Of a stretch of DNA of 64,000 nt, positions 46,226 to 57,100 are shown one piece after another. The DNA is taken from IMG/VR virus record IMGVR_UViG_2595698595_000001, positions 155,373 to 219,372 of that record, one strand, 5' to 3'. The position numbers were made by a program, and so were the translations under genes. The stretch's first letter is position 1; each line of letters begins with the position of its first letter. The notes beneath the pieces were generated by a model. It searched no databases. It was not told where the DNA came from and worked only from the letters and a program-made list of their open reading frames with translations. This DNA comes from a virus. Lineage: Duplodnaviria > Caudoviricetes.

Positions 46226-46298
46226 AGTAACTTTGCATAATTCTTTAGTACTATTCTATCATACTAAAATGATAATTTAATACAAAGAATTATGCAAA
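46226..46298 (+). promoter_or_regulatory. promoter AGTAAC-N14-TAGTACTAT within a 15-bp inverted repeat covering the next start codon
   Basis: 46232-46246 TTTGCATAATTCTTT is the exact reverse complement of 46284-46298 AAAGAATTATGCAAA. Confidence 0.7.
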
Positions 46299-47602
46299 AT
46301 TTATTTAAAGACTTTGGTTTAGAAATTGTTGATAAAGAAAACATTTCTAACATCAATTTATGTAAAAACACTGAAGATGTCAGAGTTAAGCCAGTTATCC
46401 TAATAACTGGTATTTCGAGTCAAATTGGTAACGACTTAGCTAATCTGATACAATCTTCCTGGAAGCCAAAATTTCTAAGTGATTCTAAAGAACTGGAAGC
46501 TTTCAAAAATCATCCATCTGAAAGCGGTACTTACGCTGAAAAGACTAAGGAAAAATTCATAAATTATGTACATTCCTTAGAAACATCGAAATACTCTTTC
46601 TTTGACATATATTGTACATCGTCCAGTGAATTAGATATGTCAGATATAACAGAATTAAGAGAGTATATCAATAGAAGAAAACCGGACTATATCATTAACT
46701 TAGCAGCATTTACTAACGTTCAAGCATGTGGTACTAATCCAAACGCTTTTAAAGTAAATACTAAAGCTGTTGAAGTTTTCGCTGAATACATTAGAAATAA
46801 CAAAGCTAAGTTGTTACATGTTTCAACAGATTTCGTTTACAATAAAGATACTAACAGAAACGATAAAGGTTTAATTCTTAGTGAAACTATACCAACTGGA
46901 ATTCCATGCAATCATTATGCTATTCAGAAAATGCTTTCTGAAGCTATTATAGATAATGCTGTTAACAAACCGGAATGTAAAGGTGTTGCTGAAATCGTAA
47001 GAGTTTCCCATTTGTTTTCAACTCATAAAAACAATATCGTAAAGTCATTGACTAGAAATCTGATTAATCGATCTGTCACTAAAGCTGTTAGTGATAATAG
47101 ATTCGTTCCAACTTACTCAGAAAATGTTGCTAAATTCATAGCAATGTCGATATTAACTTTCCATCCTAATAAAGATTATAAGGGTAAATGCTATCCAGAA
47201 TGTTCGAACTTTGTGGAGAATATTGAACCTATGTCTACTAACGATTTGACATTAATGATTAAATCCGTTATCAAAAACATCGATGAAAATACAGAAACGT
47301 TAAGGAAAAAGGATGATGGTATTTCTATTGGGTCAGTTCTTAGTGTTACTAGTGATTTTTATGTTTCTGAATCGGAATTACCTGAAATGTTACCAACTGA
47401 TACAGCTTTAGCTAGGGATTGTAAATATTTCACGCCTTATCCGGATAGTGATAATTCCACTAAAGAAATAAACAAATTGATCGATAATCTTATGCTAAAA
47501 TATGATTATGTTTCATGTTCTGATGCTATTAAAACAGTAACTGGTATAGAATATGCAAATCAATTAAATTCAATAACTTTACAAATGCAAATAAAAGGAT
47601 AA
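46292..47602 (+). CDS. RmlD-like NDP-sugar reductase (extended SDR)
   Basis: ILITGISSQIG, IINLAAFTNV, HVSTDFVY, YAIQK (YxxxK), VRVS, PTY. Confidence 0.8.
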   Translation: MQNLFKDFGLEIVDKENISNINLCKNTEDVRVKPVILITGISSQIGNDLANLIQSSWKPKFLSDSKELEAFKNHPSESGTYAEKTKEKFINYVHSLETSKYSFFDIYCTSSSELDMSDITELREYINRRKPDYIINLAAFTNVQACGTNPNAFKVNTKAVEVFAEYIRNNKAKLLHVSTDFVYNKDTNRNDKGLILSETIPTGIPCNHYAIQKMLSEAIIDNAVNKPECKGVAEIVRVSHLFSTHKNNIVKSLTRNLINRSVTKAVSDNRFVPTYSENVAKFIAMSILTFHPNKDYKGKCYPECSNFVENIEPMSTNDLTLMIKSVIKNIDENTETLRKKDDGISIGSVLSVTSDFYVSESELPEMLPTDTALARDCKYFTPYPDSDNSTKEINKLIDNLMLKYDYVSCSDAIKTVTGIEYANQLNSITLQMQIKG

Positions 47603-48012
47603 TGGAACAATTTGAACTAAAAACAGATTTACATGATGCTTCGATATTGGCTATCATGTCAGATGGTAAAGTTTATACTTGCGAAAGTGGTAAACTACCA
47701 GAACAACCCATAATGTATATCGATACAATCTTAGGTTTGAATACGATAACAACTAATCCGAGAACTTCTACAGATTTCAGAGAGATTAACGGATTGTTTT
47801 GGGAGAATGGTCATTTCAACAAATTCGAGTTGATAACTTTAAATACTGATTATGAGATTTACGCTTATAATACGAGGCATGAAGTCCATCAAGAACTTGA
47901 AGAAATCTTATTCTATGATCCTGAATCTGATTTCATAATTACAGTTATCGACATAGATAAGAATCAATATTATGATGTCAAAGAAAAAGTCTGGAAAGAT
48001 TACGAAAAATAA
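47602..48012 (+). CDS. hypothetical protein
   Basis: TAATG-coupled. Confidence 0.6.
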   Translation: MEQFELKTDLHDASILAIMSDGKVYTCESGKLPEQPIMYIDTILGLNTITTNPRTSTDFREINGLFWENGHFNKFELITLNTDYEIYAYNTRHEVHQELEEILFYDPESDFIITVIDIDKNQYYDVKEKVWKDYEK

Positions 48013-48018
48013 AAGTAA

Positions 48019-48064
48019 ACGAAACCCTCGGAAACTGAAACTTCTGAGGGTTTCGTAGTACTAT
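48019..48064 (+). repeat. hairpin-promoter element, hybrid type A
   Basis: ACGAAACCCTCGGAA-ACTGAAAC-TTCTGAGGGTTTCGT then AGTACTAT. Confidence 0.9.
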
Positions 48065-48089
48065 ACATTTATAACAAAATATTTCAACT

Positions 48090-48275
48090 ATGCTAACACC
48101 TTTCGAAAAATCCCTAGTCAGATTAATCAATCTAAATCACAAGAAATCTTACAAATTCGACGACTTACAAGAATGGTCAACTGATGAAGAAGTAGTGAAA
48201 ATGAACAAGCAAGATAATGAAACGATTTACAAAGTTTCAGGTACCTATGTTGCGATGCGTAACTCTAAGAAATAA
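48090..48275 (+). CDS. hypothetical protein
   Basis: TTTCAACTATG start after promoter. Confidence 0.6.
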   Translation: MLTPFEKSLVRLINLNHKKSYKFDDLQEWSTDEEVVKMNKQDNETIYKVSGTYVAMRNSKK

Positions 48276-48278
48276 GAC

Positions 48279-48611
48279 ATGTCATTAAAAGGAAAAACTT
48301 TCGTACCTTACACTAATTCAAGATCGTTTAATTACGATTTGACTGGTACAAATGATCTTTGGTTAGCTGGAACTGTCACCTTAATACCAAAAGAATCCAT
48401 TATCATGGAAGACGAACCTACATTAATTTGGACAGGTTTCGATTTCGAGCCATACATTTTAGTATTGACTGAAGATAATAAACCAGTATTAGCTAACATA
48501 TGTACTGTAAGGGATTACATAGATGTACCTTTTTCTAAAGTTATGGAAGATCATGAAGAATTTCTAGATAATTTCAGGAATTCTGATGAAGATGACGAAA
48601 CAATGTATTAA
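48279..48611 (+). CDS. hypothetical protein
   Basis: ORF in cluster. Confidence 0.6.
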   Translation: MSLKGKTFVPYTNSRSFNYDLTGTNDLWLAGTVTLIPKESIIMEDEPTLIWTGFDFEPYILVLTEDNKPVLANICTVRDYIDVPFSKVMEDHEEFLDNFRNSDEDDETMY

Positions 48612-49098
48612 TATGGAAAACTCGATCCTAGAAATGGTCAAAGAAGTTGACTATCAGAAAGAATATGATTACGATAAACGTGTTGAACTTTTCAACAAAT
48701 ATCATATTTCAACTTCTTTGTCATACATCAATCCAATAATGTTATTGACTGAAAGACTTCTAAATCCAGGAATGTCATTTTCGAGATTCTATCAATTTGA
48801 TTGTTGGGGTACATCACATCATGGTGCTGTCAAAACTGCATTCAATCAAAAGATTAAAGAAGATCGTTCAGATTTCTGTAAGATTCGAGAACTTAAAAGT
48901 AAAACTGTGATAACGATTAAACGTTATAAATACGATTCTAAGAAATTCGAATTAGTCATGAACTATCATATAGAAAACGATTTAGTTCATTTCAGTTTCT
49001 TAGAAGGTGTGAAATTCTCACCTAAACGTGGTTTTTGTTTTATAGCTTTAGCTGAAGAGTTCTGTAAAGATTTAGGTTACGACATAAAATTCGAATAA
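48586..49098 (+). CDS. hypothetical protein (true start may be ATG 48613)
   Basis: ORF in cluster. Confidence 0.55.
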   Translation: MKMTKQCINMENSILEMVKEVDYQKEYDYDKRVELFNKYHISTSLSYINPIMLLTERLLNPGMSFSRFYQFDCWGTSHHGAVKTAFNQKIKEDRSDFCKIRELKSKTVITIKRYKYDSKKFELVMNYHIENDLVHFSFLEGVKFSPKRGFCFIALAEEFCKDLGYDIKFE

Positions 49099-49625
49099 TG
49101 AAGAGATACAAAGCCCTAATATTCCTAGATATCGACGGTGTTCTTAATAGTGAAAGATTCTATGAACTTAGAAGTCAAGGAAAACTTGAAAAACTTGAAA
49201 TAGAACATGATATGTGTTCTGATTCGATTTCTATGATCGATGAAGAATTTTCAAAACATTTTCCTGAAGTCGCTATAGTTCTTACTTCCACTAGAAGATT
49301 CGATCATACTGTAAAAGAATGGAATACGATTTTCAAATCGTTAGGTCTTAATAACATTCCCATTATTGACGTTACTAATAGACATGATAATAGTTTCGGT
49401 TACGGTTTCAGAGGTGGTGAAGTTTATCAATATCTTTTAGAAAACAAAGTCATTCTAGAAACATCAACAAACAATTACGTTATTTTCGATGACGATTGTG
49501 ACTTCCTTATCGAGCAAGCCCCAAGATTCTTTAGAATCAATAAACAGATTGGAATAACTTATAACGATATTCATGAAGCTTTAGTATATCTTACTAACGA
49601 TTCGTTTTACTTTCAGAAGAAATGA
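49098..49625 (+). CDS. HAD-domain protein (Swiss-Army-Knife RNA-repair-like HAD)
   Basis: IFLDIDGVLN, IVLTSTRR, RGGEV..YL, YVIFDDD. Confidence 0.8.
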   Translation: MKRYKALIFLDIDGVLNSERFYELRSQGKLEKLEIEHDMCSDSISMIDEEFSKHFPEVAIVLTSTRRFDHTVKEWNTIFKSLGLNNIPIIDVTNRHDNSFGYGFRGGEVYQYLLENKVILETSTNNYVIFDDDCDFLIEQAPRFFRINKQIGITYNDIHEALVYLTNDSFYFQKK

Positions 49626-49867
49626 ACAAACTGATTAACGTTTTACAGAAACTTACGAAGTATTATTCATCGTATTACTGGATGATTACAGAAAATTCGA
49701 TAACTGTAAAACTTTCCTATAAAGTAGGTAACGAATTCAAGGAAGATGTTTACATGAAATCGAATACTGAAAAGCATATAGAACAATTAACAGAATCATT
49801 AAAACGTCTAGAACGTAAGAAACGTTTATCTGAAAAGAAGAAACAAGATAAAGCTTGTATCGGATAA
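49622..49867 (+). CDS. hypothetical protein
   Basis: ATGA-coupled. Confidence 0.5.
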   Translation: MNKLINVLQKLTKYYSSYYWMITENSITVKLSYKVGNEFKEDVYMKSNTEKHIEQLTESLKRLERKKRLSEKKKQDKACIG

Positions 49868-49885
49868 ACATTAAATCGGACAAAC

Positions 49886-50386
49886 ATGAAAACAATACTA
49901 TTTGAAAACTTTAGATTACTTTCAAAAGAAGTAGAATTATTCGTTAAATCCATTGACGAAGATTTTGTAGAAATCGACCCAAGTTTCAAAGATACTTATA
50001 TTGGTTTACGTGACGATTTACGAATGTATTCTTTACTGATACAACCAGAACTTGAAAATATAGTTGTTAGTTCAGCGTTCGAACATATATCAAGTAATCA
50101 ATCTTTTGAATCGCAAATTGGTTGGTTTGCTGAAATCTTATTCGCTGCGATTGAATATCGTAAAGATAAGAAACTAAAACCGATCAAAGTCTGGATATGG
50201 CACCGTTCATATGATTTTATCAAATGGCTTAATAATGACGCTAACTCACCAAAGTATGATTATCTTAGACAGTCTATAAGAATGATGATAAGACCTGATA
50301 GAAATTATCCAATCCATATCATATTTACAGACGATGGTGAACATAAGGACAAATTAACAATACTAACACCTGAAATGATAGATTAA
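49886..50386 (+). CDS. hypothetical protein
   Basis: ORF in cluster. Confidence 0.6.
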   Translation: MKTILFENFRLLSKEVELFVKSIDEDFVEIDPSFKDTYIGLRDDLRMYSLLIQPELENIVVSSAFEHISSNQSFESQIGWFAEILFAAIEYRKDKKLKPIKVWIWHRSYDFIKWLNNDANSPKYDYLRQSIRMMIRPDRNYPIHIIFTDDGEHKDKLTILTPEMID

Positions 50387-50410
50387 CTATTTTCAAAAGT
50401 TTAGTAAAAT
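50382..50410 (+). promoter_or_regulatory. degenerate promoter ATTAAC-N14-TAGTAAAAT
   Basis: Same spacing as consensus, at a gene boundary. Confidence 0.4.
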
Positions 50411-50432
50411 TCAAATATAACAAATTTCAATT

Positions 50433-50891
50433 ATGAGCATTAAAATTCAAATCAATAGCGTTGAAGCTTTAGAACGCTTAATCGGAGGCGATACCCAAAT
50501 CGAAATAGATATTCGTAACAATATCGTCCAAGAATTCGCAAAACGTCATTTAAAAGATATCGCTGAATCTGAAACTTTCAAAGGTATCGAATCTTCAATC
50601 AAAAACTTCATGACTGATAATTTCATGACTAAAATGAAATACGGTTTTAATGAATACGAATTCAATGAAGAAGTTCTTAAGAAATTCAAATCATCTCTGC
50701 TAATAGCAGGTGAAAGTAGCTTATTACAAGCTGTTAGAGATGTATCAGAAGATATAAACTTCAAAGGTCGTATCGAAGGTATGCTTAATGAAGCTGCTAG
50801 AAATATTGAACATCAACTTTCTGATGCAATCTTGTCTAAGAAAATCGATGAATTAGTTGACAAGAAAATCAAACAAAAACTAGGACTGTAA
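50433..50891 (+). CDS. helical hypothetical protein
   Basis: TTTCAATTATG start context. Confidence 0.65.
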   Translation: MSIKIQINSVEALERLIGGDTQIEIDIRNNIVQEFAKRHLKDIAESETFKGIESSIKNFMTDNFMTKMKYGFNEYEFNEEVLKKFKSSLLIAGESSLLQAVRDVSEDINFKGRIEGMLNEAARNIEHQLSDAILSKKIDELVDKKIKQKLGL

Positions 50892-50893
50892 TC

Positions 50894-51748
50894 ATGAAAA
50901 TCAAAACTAGAGCACGTATTCTAAATTTCTTTGGTTTAGCTTACGATAAAGTATCATATCCTGTAACTATCTGTAAGGAAGTTAACATAATTACAAAGAT
51001 CAAGAAAGGAACTATTAAGAATCCTAATTGCATACGTAATTACAGTTCAGTTGTTTTAGAATATCCTTACGATATTACTAAATCACTGAACGAAAATATC
51101 GATTTGTTTGAAACTTACTTATTCGATTTTGGAAAACATATTGAATTCGTTGGACAGAGATGTTCGGAATTAGGACAGGAATGTTCTTACGAATTATTAA
51201 GTATGAATATTGATCGATATTCTATCAGAACTAATAGAAACAAAGTTGTCGAAAACATAGAACGTGAATCAGATTACGATTTTTTCGATGATGTTAGTTT
51301 CTATCCATCTAATAGTAATTACAATAAGTTCATGTCGAATTTCAAAATCATTCATTGGTTAAGAAAGAAGATTTCAGGATCAAGTAAACATGTAACTTGT
51401 TCAGCTGTGAATGTTGTTATAGAACGAGATGAGGAAAATCATCCTAGTAGAAGATTATCATTATATGGTAGACGTCATGGATGTATTCAGAAGTTAATCG
51501 ATATTCTAGTTCATAATGATTATAGTAAAGAAATTCTTAATGATTCTAACGTTACTATGGGTTTCATGATTAACGATTACAATAATCGATTTGATAAGAA
51601 TCTTACAATGTACTTTAATTCCCGTAAAGATTCTTTCGAAGTAGCTTACAATGCTTTACAATTGTCTGAAATCAATTATCAGCTACCTCCAGAAAATGAA
51701 ATGTTGATTTCAGAAGACTTATACTTCTTGGATAAATATGGAAGATAG
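50894..51748 (+). CDS. hypothetical protein
   Basis: 284-aa ORF. Confidence 0.6.
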   Translation: MKIKTRARILNFFGLAYDKVSYPVTICKEVNIITKIKKGTIKNPNCIRNYSSVVLEYPYDITKSLNENIDLFETYLFDFGKHIEFVGQRCSELGQECSYELLSMNIDRYSIRTNRNKVVENIERESDYDFFDDVSFYPSNSNYNKFMSNFKIIHWLRKKISGSSKHVTCSAVNVVIERDEENHPSRRLSLYGRRHGCIQKLIDILVHNDYSKEILNDSNVTMGFMINDYNNRFDKNLTMYFNSRKDSFEVAYNALQLSEINYQLPPENEMLISEDLYFLDKYGR

Positions 51749-51959
51749 ACTTGTAGAACTTCTAAACGAATTCAATAAAATTATGGATTCGAATAGATAC
51801 TTTCGAGATAATCTTAATCGATTGAAATCTATATTTCAAGAACTTGAACATAAGTTTCTAAGTGTTGAACATTTGGAAACTTTGAAATTTGAATTAAATG
51901 AATTCGAAATGTTTACTAAAACTTTCGAATTGGAAGATTTTTGCAACTATATAATCTAA
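51738..51959 (+). CDS. hypothetical protein
   Basis: Overlapping ORF in cluster. Confidence 0.5.
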   Translation: MEDRLVELLNEFNKIMDSNRYFRDNLNRLKSIFQELEHKFLSVEHLETLKFELNEFEMFTKTFELEDFCNYII

Positions 51960-51963
51960 CGAA

Positions 51964-52380
51964 ATGGATTTTTTAACAATAAAGGACATAGTCGTCCTTA
52001 AAACTAACGGTAAATCTAGATGTGTATTTCCAGGTTCTAATGTTACTAGAAATAGTGAACATTTCAATACATTGATGGAAGACATGAAAGTGTCGAATCT
52101 TTATGATTCTTTCAAACTAATCGAAATCGGTACTAATATCGGTAATATCAAAAGTATTGAAGATAATATAGCTCGATTTGAATACGAGGATTATTCTATA
52201 GCTCTTCCGATGGAATCTTTAGGATTCTTTGTAAGTAGATATACTGAAGAAAATGCTATGCTTACCTCAGAACTTTCTAGATTTTCTAATGAACGTGCTG
52301 GTATTAACAACGTAATCGAAAAATGTTTGACTAGATTAAAGAACGATTTCGTTGAACACGTACAAATAGTAATATCTTAG
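51964..52380 (+). CDS. hypothetical protein
   Basis: ORF in cluster. Confidence 0.55.
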   Translation: MDFLTIKDIVVLKTNGKSRCVFPGSNVTRNSEHFNTLMEDMKVSNLYDSFKLIEIGTNIGNIKSIEDNIARFEYEDYSIALPMESLGFFVSRYTEENAMLTSELSRFSNERAGINNVIEKCLTRLKNDFVEHVQIVIS

Positions 52381-52382
52381 CT

Positions 52383-52655
52383 ATGGGAGTAATGACTTGT
52401 CATAGATTAGATTGTGACAATATAATGTGTTCTGTCTATATTGATGAAAACGACATAGGTTACATTTGTCATGAATGTATGAGAGAATTCGAAGATTCTA
52501 ACCCAAGTGAAATGACAGAATCTAAACTTGTTAAACGTTTAAAGAAATTCATGCTTACTAGTAAAACCGATGTAGTTGAAAAAGTAAGTGAGAATCTTAT
52601 AAACGTTTCAATTTTTTTCTGGAAACGTAATAGACATAATGATGAAAACTATTAA
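52383..52655 (+). CDS. Cys-rich zinc-finger-like protein
   Basis: CHRLDCDNIMC...GYICHEC. Confidence 0.6.
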   Translation: MGVMTCHRLDCDNIMCSVYIDENDIGYICHECMREFEDSNPSEMTESKLVKRLKKFMLTSKTDVVEKVSENLINVSIFFWKRNRHNDENY

Positions 52656-52992
52656 AGCTTTATTAACGCAACCTATTTCTTTACTAATAAATTGTAAAAG
52701 AGTATTAGACAGAAACATAGTATTAGTTTACGAAACTAACTATGAACTGTATCAACCTGAAGATTGTGTTGTTATGAAACCTGGAACTGTTGTTGATGTT
52801 TGTACATCATCGAATGATATCATATTCGATGGACATCGATTCGATAATAATTACAAATGGCTATTCGTAGAAAATACTGAAGAAAATCTAAGACTTATTA
52901 ATGACGCACAGATGTTAAGTACTGCTATAAAGTCTTTGGAAAAACAACGTAAGTCAGTAATGAGTAAATTCGAACCTTTGAATAAATCATGA
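52639..52992 (+). CDS. hypothetical protein
   Basis: Overlap-coupled. Confidence 0.55.
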   Translation: MMKTIKALLTQPISLLINCKRVLDRNIVLVYETNYELYQPEDCVVMKPGTVVDVCTSSNDIIFDGHRFDNNYKWLFVENTEENLRLINDAQMLSTAIKSLEKQRKSVMSKFEPLNKS

Positions 52993-53495
52993 ACAGTCAT
53001 ATCAAAATGATAGATTTCAAGGATATCATATTCAATATCAAAAATATTGATTCAATATCTGAAGTTAAACATAATTATGGTTCTATCAATCCTGAATCTA
53101 TTAGATGTAACTTAAAAATCTATATAACTTTAAAGGGTAAGTCATTAACTTTATGCATAGAATCTGTTTTACCTTATTATGGATTATCGTATTCGTTCAT
53201 ATCCAAAGATTCTAAAGCTAAATTAGATTCGATGGATATGTCAGAAAATACAATTTCTATAGAAACTATGTCAGGACTTGAAGTTGACTCTCATAATCAT
53301 TTGATTATATTCGAATTTATGCAAAATCTTAGACATGAAATACTAACTTTCGTTAGTAACGAATCTAATGAAAGTCTATTTTCTTTGAATAAAATCAGAA
53401 ACGATTTGTACATAAGACTTCATGAAAACGATTCTCTGTATCTTAACAAAAATGATAATTTCGTATTAAACTTCATTACATGGTCAAATTCATAA
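52989..53495 (+). CDS. hypothetical protein (possible paralog of next gene)
   Basis: N-terminus MIDFKDIIFNIKNIDSISEV resembles that of the gene at 53480. Confidence 0.55.
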   Translation: MNSHIKMIDFKDIIFNIKNIDSISEVKHNYGSINPESIRCNLKIYITLKGKSLTLCIESVLPYYGLSYSFISKDSKAKLDSMDMSENTISIETMSGLEVDSHNHLIIFEFMQNLRHEILTFVSNESNESLFSLNKIRNDLYIRLHENDSLYLNKNDNFVLNFITWSNS

Positions 53496-53884
53496 AAATC
53501 AATGATCGGACAATAAACATCGACCAAATACAGAGTTTGGAAGCTGTAAGTACTTACAATGATTCAACTCCTCTATACATGTGTGGTATTAAGTATAGTA
53601 CGACAAGTTACTTGTCTATCATATTTAAGAAATATGTTTATACGATAGATGTTACTATATCTAGTAATACTCTTACCAGTTCTGATAACTATGAAAAGGT
53701 TATAAACGATCTAAGAGAATCTGTTGAAGGTATACGTTCACAAATCGAAACTTTCTTATGTGATGATTCACCAATGCTAGAATTGAGTACAGCAAATATC
53801 GATTTATCTGAAAGTTTCAAAGAACCTGTTCTTATAGACGGAATAGAATACACTGTGACTTTCGAAATTAAACTAAGCTACTAA
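53480..53884 (+). CDS. hypothetical protein
   Basis: N-terminus FIKINDRTINIDQIQSLEAV. Confidence 0.55.
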   Translation: MVKFIKINDRTINIDQIQSLEAVSTYNDSTPLYMCGIKYSTTSYLSIIFKKYVYTIDVTISSNTLTSSDNYEKVINDLRESVEGIRSQIETFLCDDSPMLELSTANIDLSESFKEPVLIDGIEYTVTFEIKLSY

Positions 53885-53908
53885 CATTGGTACAATATAA
53901 ATAAAAAT

Positions 53909-54109
53909 ATGAAACAGATTATATCAAGATTCTTACTATTTACTGGTATTTTATGGCTTATGACATATATCGGATTTTCTATTATCTCAAGTTCTTTTGC
54001 TATATTCGAATGGAACGACATTCAACGAGGTAACTTCAGTATGTGGATTATGATATTCGGAGTAGCTAGTTTGATAGGTTCAATCATATCAGTCGAAGAC
54101 GATAAATAA
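53909..54109 (+). CDS. two-TM membrane protein
   Basis: Two hydrophobic helices. Confidence 0.6.
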   Translation: MKQIISRFLLFTGILWLMTYIGFSIISSSFAIFEWNDIQRGNFSMWIMIFGVASLIGSIISVEDDK

Positions 54110-54120
54110 AGATACAGATA

Positions 54121-54173
54121 ACAAAAAAGACCTTGTTACTTAAATGTAACAAGGTCTTTTTGTTTAGTAATAT
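54121..54173 (+). promoter_or_regulatory. terminator hairpin overlapping TGTAAC-N14-TAGTAATAT promoter
   Basis: AAAAAGACCTTGTTAC-TTAAAT-GTAACAAGGTCTTTTT. Confidence 0.7.
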
Positions 54174-54197
54174 TATCTTATTAACAATTTGTAACTT

Positions 54198-57100
54198 ATG
54201 CTAAAAATTCTACATCTATCCGACATCCAAATCGAGATTCGGAGAAATTCACAAAGATATGATGAATATGCTAGCGCATTAGAAGAAGTCATATCTTATG
54301 CTAAATCAAATTTAGATATTTCAAAGGTTGTACTTTCTGGTGACATTTTCGAATTCTGTGCAGTTACTGACACTGAACGCGTGATGTTTATCAGATTCAT
54401 TAAAACTTTAGAAAGTATCGAAACTATTAATGAAATCGTTATCACTTCCGGAAATCATGATTTGAAACAACGTTTTAACGATATCAACATTTCTGGTGTG
54501 TCAGTTATCGAAAATTCGGTAATGGATTCGTTACATGAATCATTCAAGGAATCTAGTAAGATTAAAGTTCTTACGAAATCAGGTTTTTATCCTTCAAATA
54601 CTGTTGGATTAAATTGGGGTGCATGGGCACATGAACATAAGTTCGATGGAAACATTGAAAACTATAGCCCATGGGAACGTGAAGTTGTAATAGAACCTAA
54701 AAATGTTATTGAGATTTATCATGACAATTTCGCTGGTGCTATGAACTTCAATGGATTAATTCAGAAAGGTTGTGAAGATGCTAAGAGTTTTGACATGTTT
54801 AAAGCTAAAACGATATTAGCTGGACATATTCATAATCCTCAACAATTCAAATCTGATTCGAATCAAACATTTACTTACGCTTCATCATTAGTGATGCGTG
54901 ATTTCGGTGAAGGTGATTATTATCTTAACGGTAACAGGACAGTCAAAGGTTTACAGAATCATGGTTTCTATGTACATACTATCGACACTAATGATTATTC
55001 TACAGTAAGTTCAGAATTCATTCCAGTAGATTGTTATACTACTAGAGCTACATTCTTAATCGATAAGAACTTTAATTGGGAGACTATTAACGATCTAAGA
55101 TTAGATTACGTTTCGAAATACAAAAACATGTTACGTATTGTCGTAACTGGAAACGAATCTAAATATCATGAAAAATCTGCAGAAATCTTACAAGCTATTT
55201 CTAGGAACGTACCAAATCTTGAAGTATCTATTGATATTGATTCTTCAAATATCTTTTCTGAAACATCAGAAGACTTGGATTTAGAACTTGACAAATTAGT
55301 TACAGAAGAGCAAATACTCGATATCGCTATTCCATTTATCAAAAGACGTATTCGTTCTACTAAACGTATTCTTGAAGAGGATAAAGACAATGCTGAAACT
55401 ACAACAATCGAATTGTTCAAAACTCAGTTATTGAAACTACGTAAAACTATCGAACGTAATCATATTACTTTTCATAATCTTACAGTTTCGAACTTCTTAT
55501 CTTTCGAAGACAATGTAAATATAGATTTTAGTAAATTACGTTCTTTGGTTAAGATTTCTGGAACTAATGGTATCGGTAAGACTAATATCATGAAAACGTT
55601 AAAATGGATTGTTGATGATTTGATCGATGGTTCACAAGCACGTAATTCAGTGAATCAAAACGCTTTAGACGTATTTAACGATAAACGTTTAGATACGAAT
55701 TTAGTTGAATCAACTTTCGTTTTCAGTCGTAATGGTAAGAAATATACTTTGAAGAAATCGATAGAAAGATTCTTTAAATCACGTTCTAAGGATATTACTG
55801 TACATAACTGGAAAGAACATATCAAGAATCTAACGATTTCTAAAGAACTATTGATACAGTCTTCGAATTCCGAAGAAACATTAACAGATTTGGATTTGAT
55901 TCAAAATGAATTACGTGAAATCTTTGGTTCTGTACATGACATGGAAGCTTTGTTATTCACTAACGCTAATTCTTTAGAACGATTAGTTAAATCTAATCCT
56001 GATGTATTAGCTGATCAAATCATGCATCACTTAGGTTTGAGATATTTTCAGGATATGAGTAACGATTATGAAAATGTCAGAACTGAGAAATTGAAAACTT
56101 TAAGTAAACCTTCGAAATCTATAGAAGCTATGGTTTTAGAACTTGAAGATTTCAAGGAAACTAAGACAAATGGTTCTAATATCGTTAAGTCATTAACCGA
56201 ACAAAAAGAAATCGATTCTTTAAAAATAGCTACGAAGCATTCAGAGATTAACGAATTACGTGAAACTTTACATCAAGTTGAAAATCCTGAAATGTTAGAA
56301 ACTAATATCGAAAGTACTAGTAAAGATATCGAAACTAAGACTAACGATTTGGAACTTGTTCATACTGGTATGAAAACCTTGTCAGATGCTTTAGCTTTGG
56401 ATTACAAGAATTTCGATGCGATAATCGATGAATATAATTCTGAAATCAAAACTATAGAAAATGAAATATCAGAATTAAACAATTCTGTTAAGTTAGAAGC
56501 TTCGAATCTTGAAACTGAGAAACAAAAGGTTCTGACAATAACTGAATCAGTTAAATCAGAAATGAATTCTGAAATCAATAACAGATATTCTTCGAAAACT
56601 GAAACATTGAATTCAGAACTTAAATCTAAAGAAAACGAAAAGAATACAGTTCTAACGTTATTACGTGAAGCTAAACATGAGTTTGAACTTAAACGTAATC
56701 AAAAGAAATCTGAATTCGAAACTTCATTATCTGATGCTAAGAAGAAAGCGGAAACTCTTGTAGAATTAATCGATACTAATACGGGATTGATTACAGTATA
56801 TGAAACTGCTACAACTTGTAAAACTTGTGGAAATGCTATTACTGGTAAAGCTTTAGAAGAAATTCAAAATCGTAAGAATGAATGTCAAGTAAAGATTAAC
56901 GAATCTAGAAATGATTTAAATGAAGTTTACGAAGCTATCAAAATTATAGAATCTGAATTAGCTAAACCATATTATAGTATAGAACCTAATGCTTGGTTAA
57001 CTGAGAATTGTGCTGATAATTTGAAATTGGCTAGAAGTCTTACAGATACTATAACTGATATCGAAAAACAAATAAAAGAGATTAACGATGAGAAACAAAA

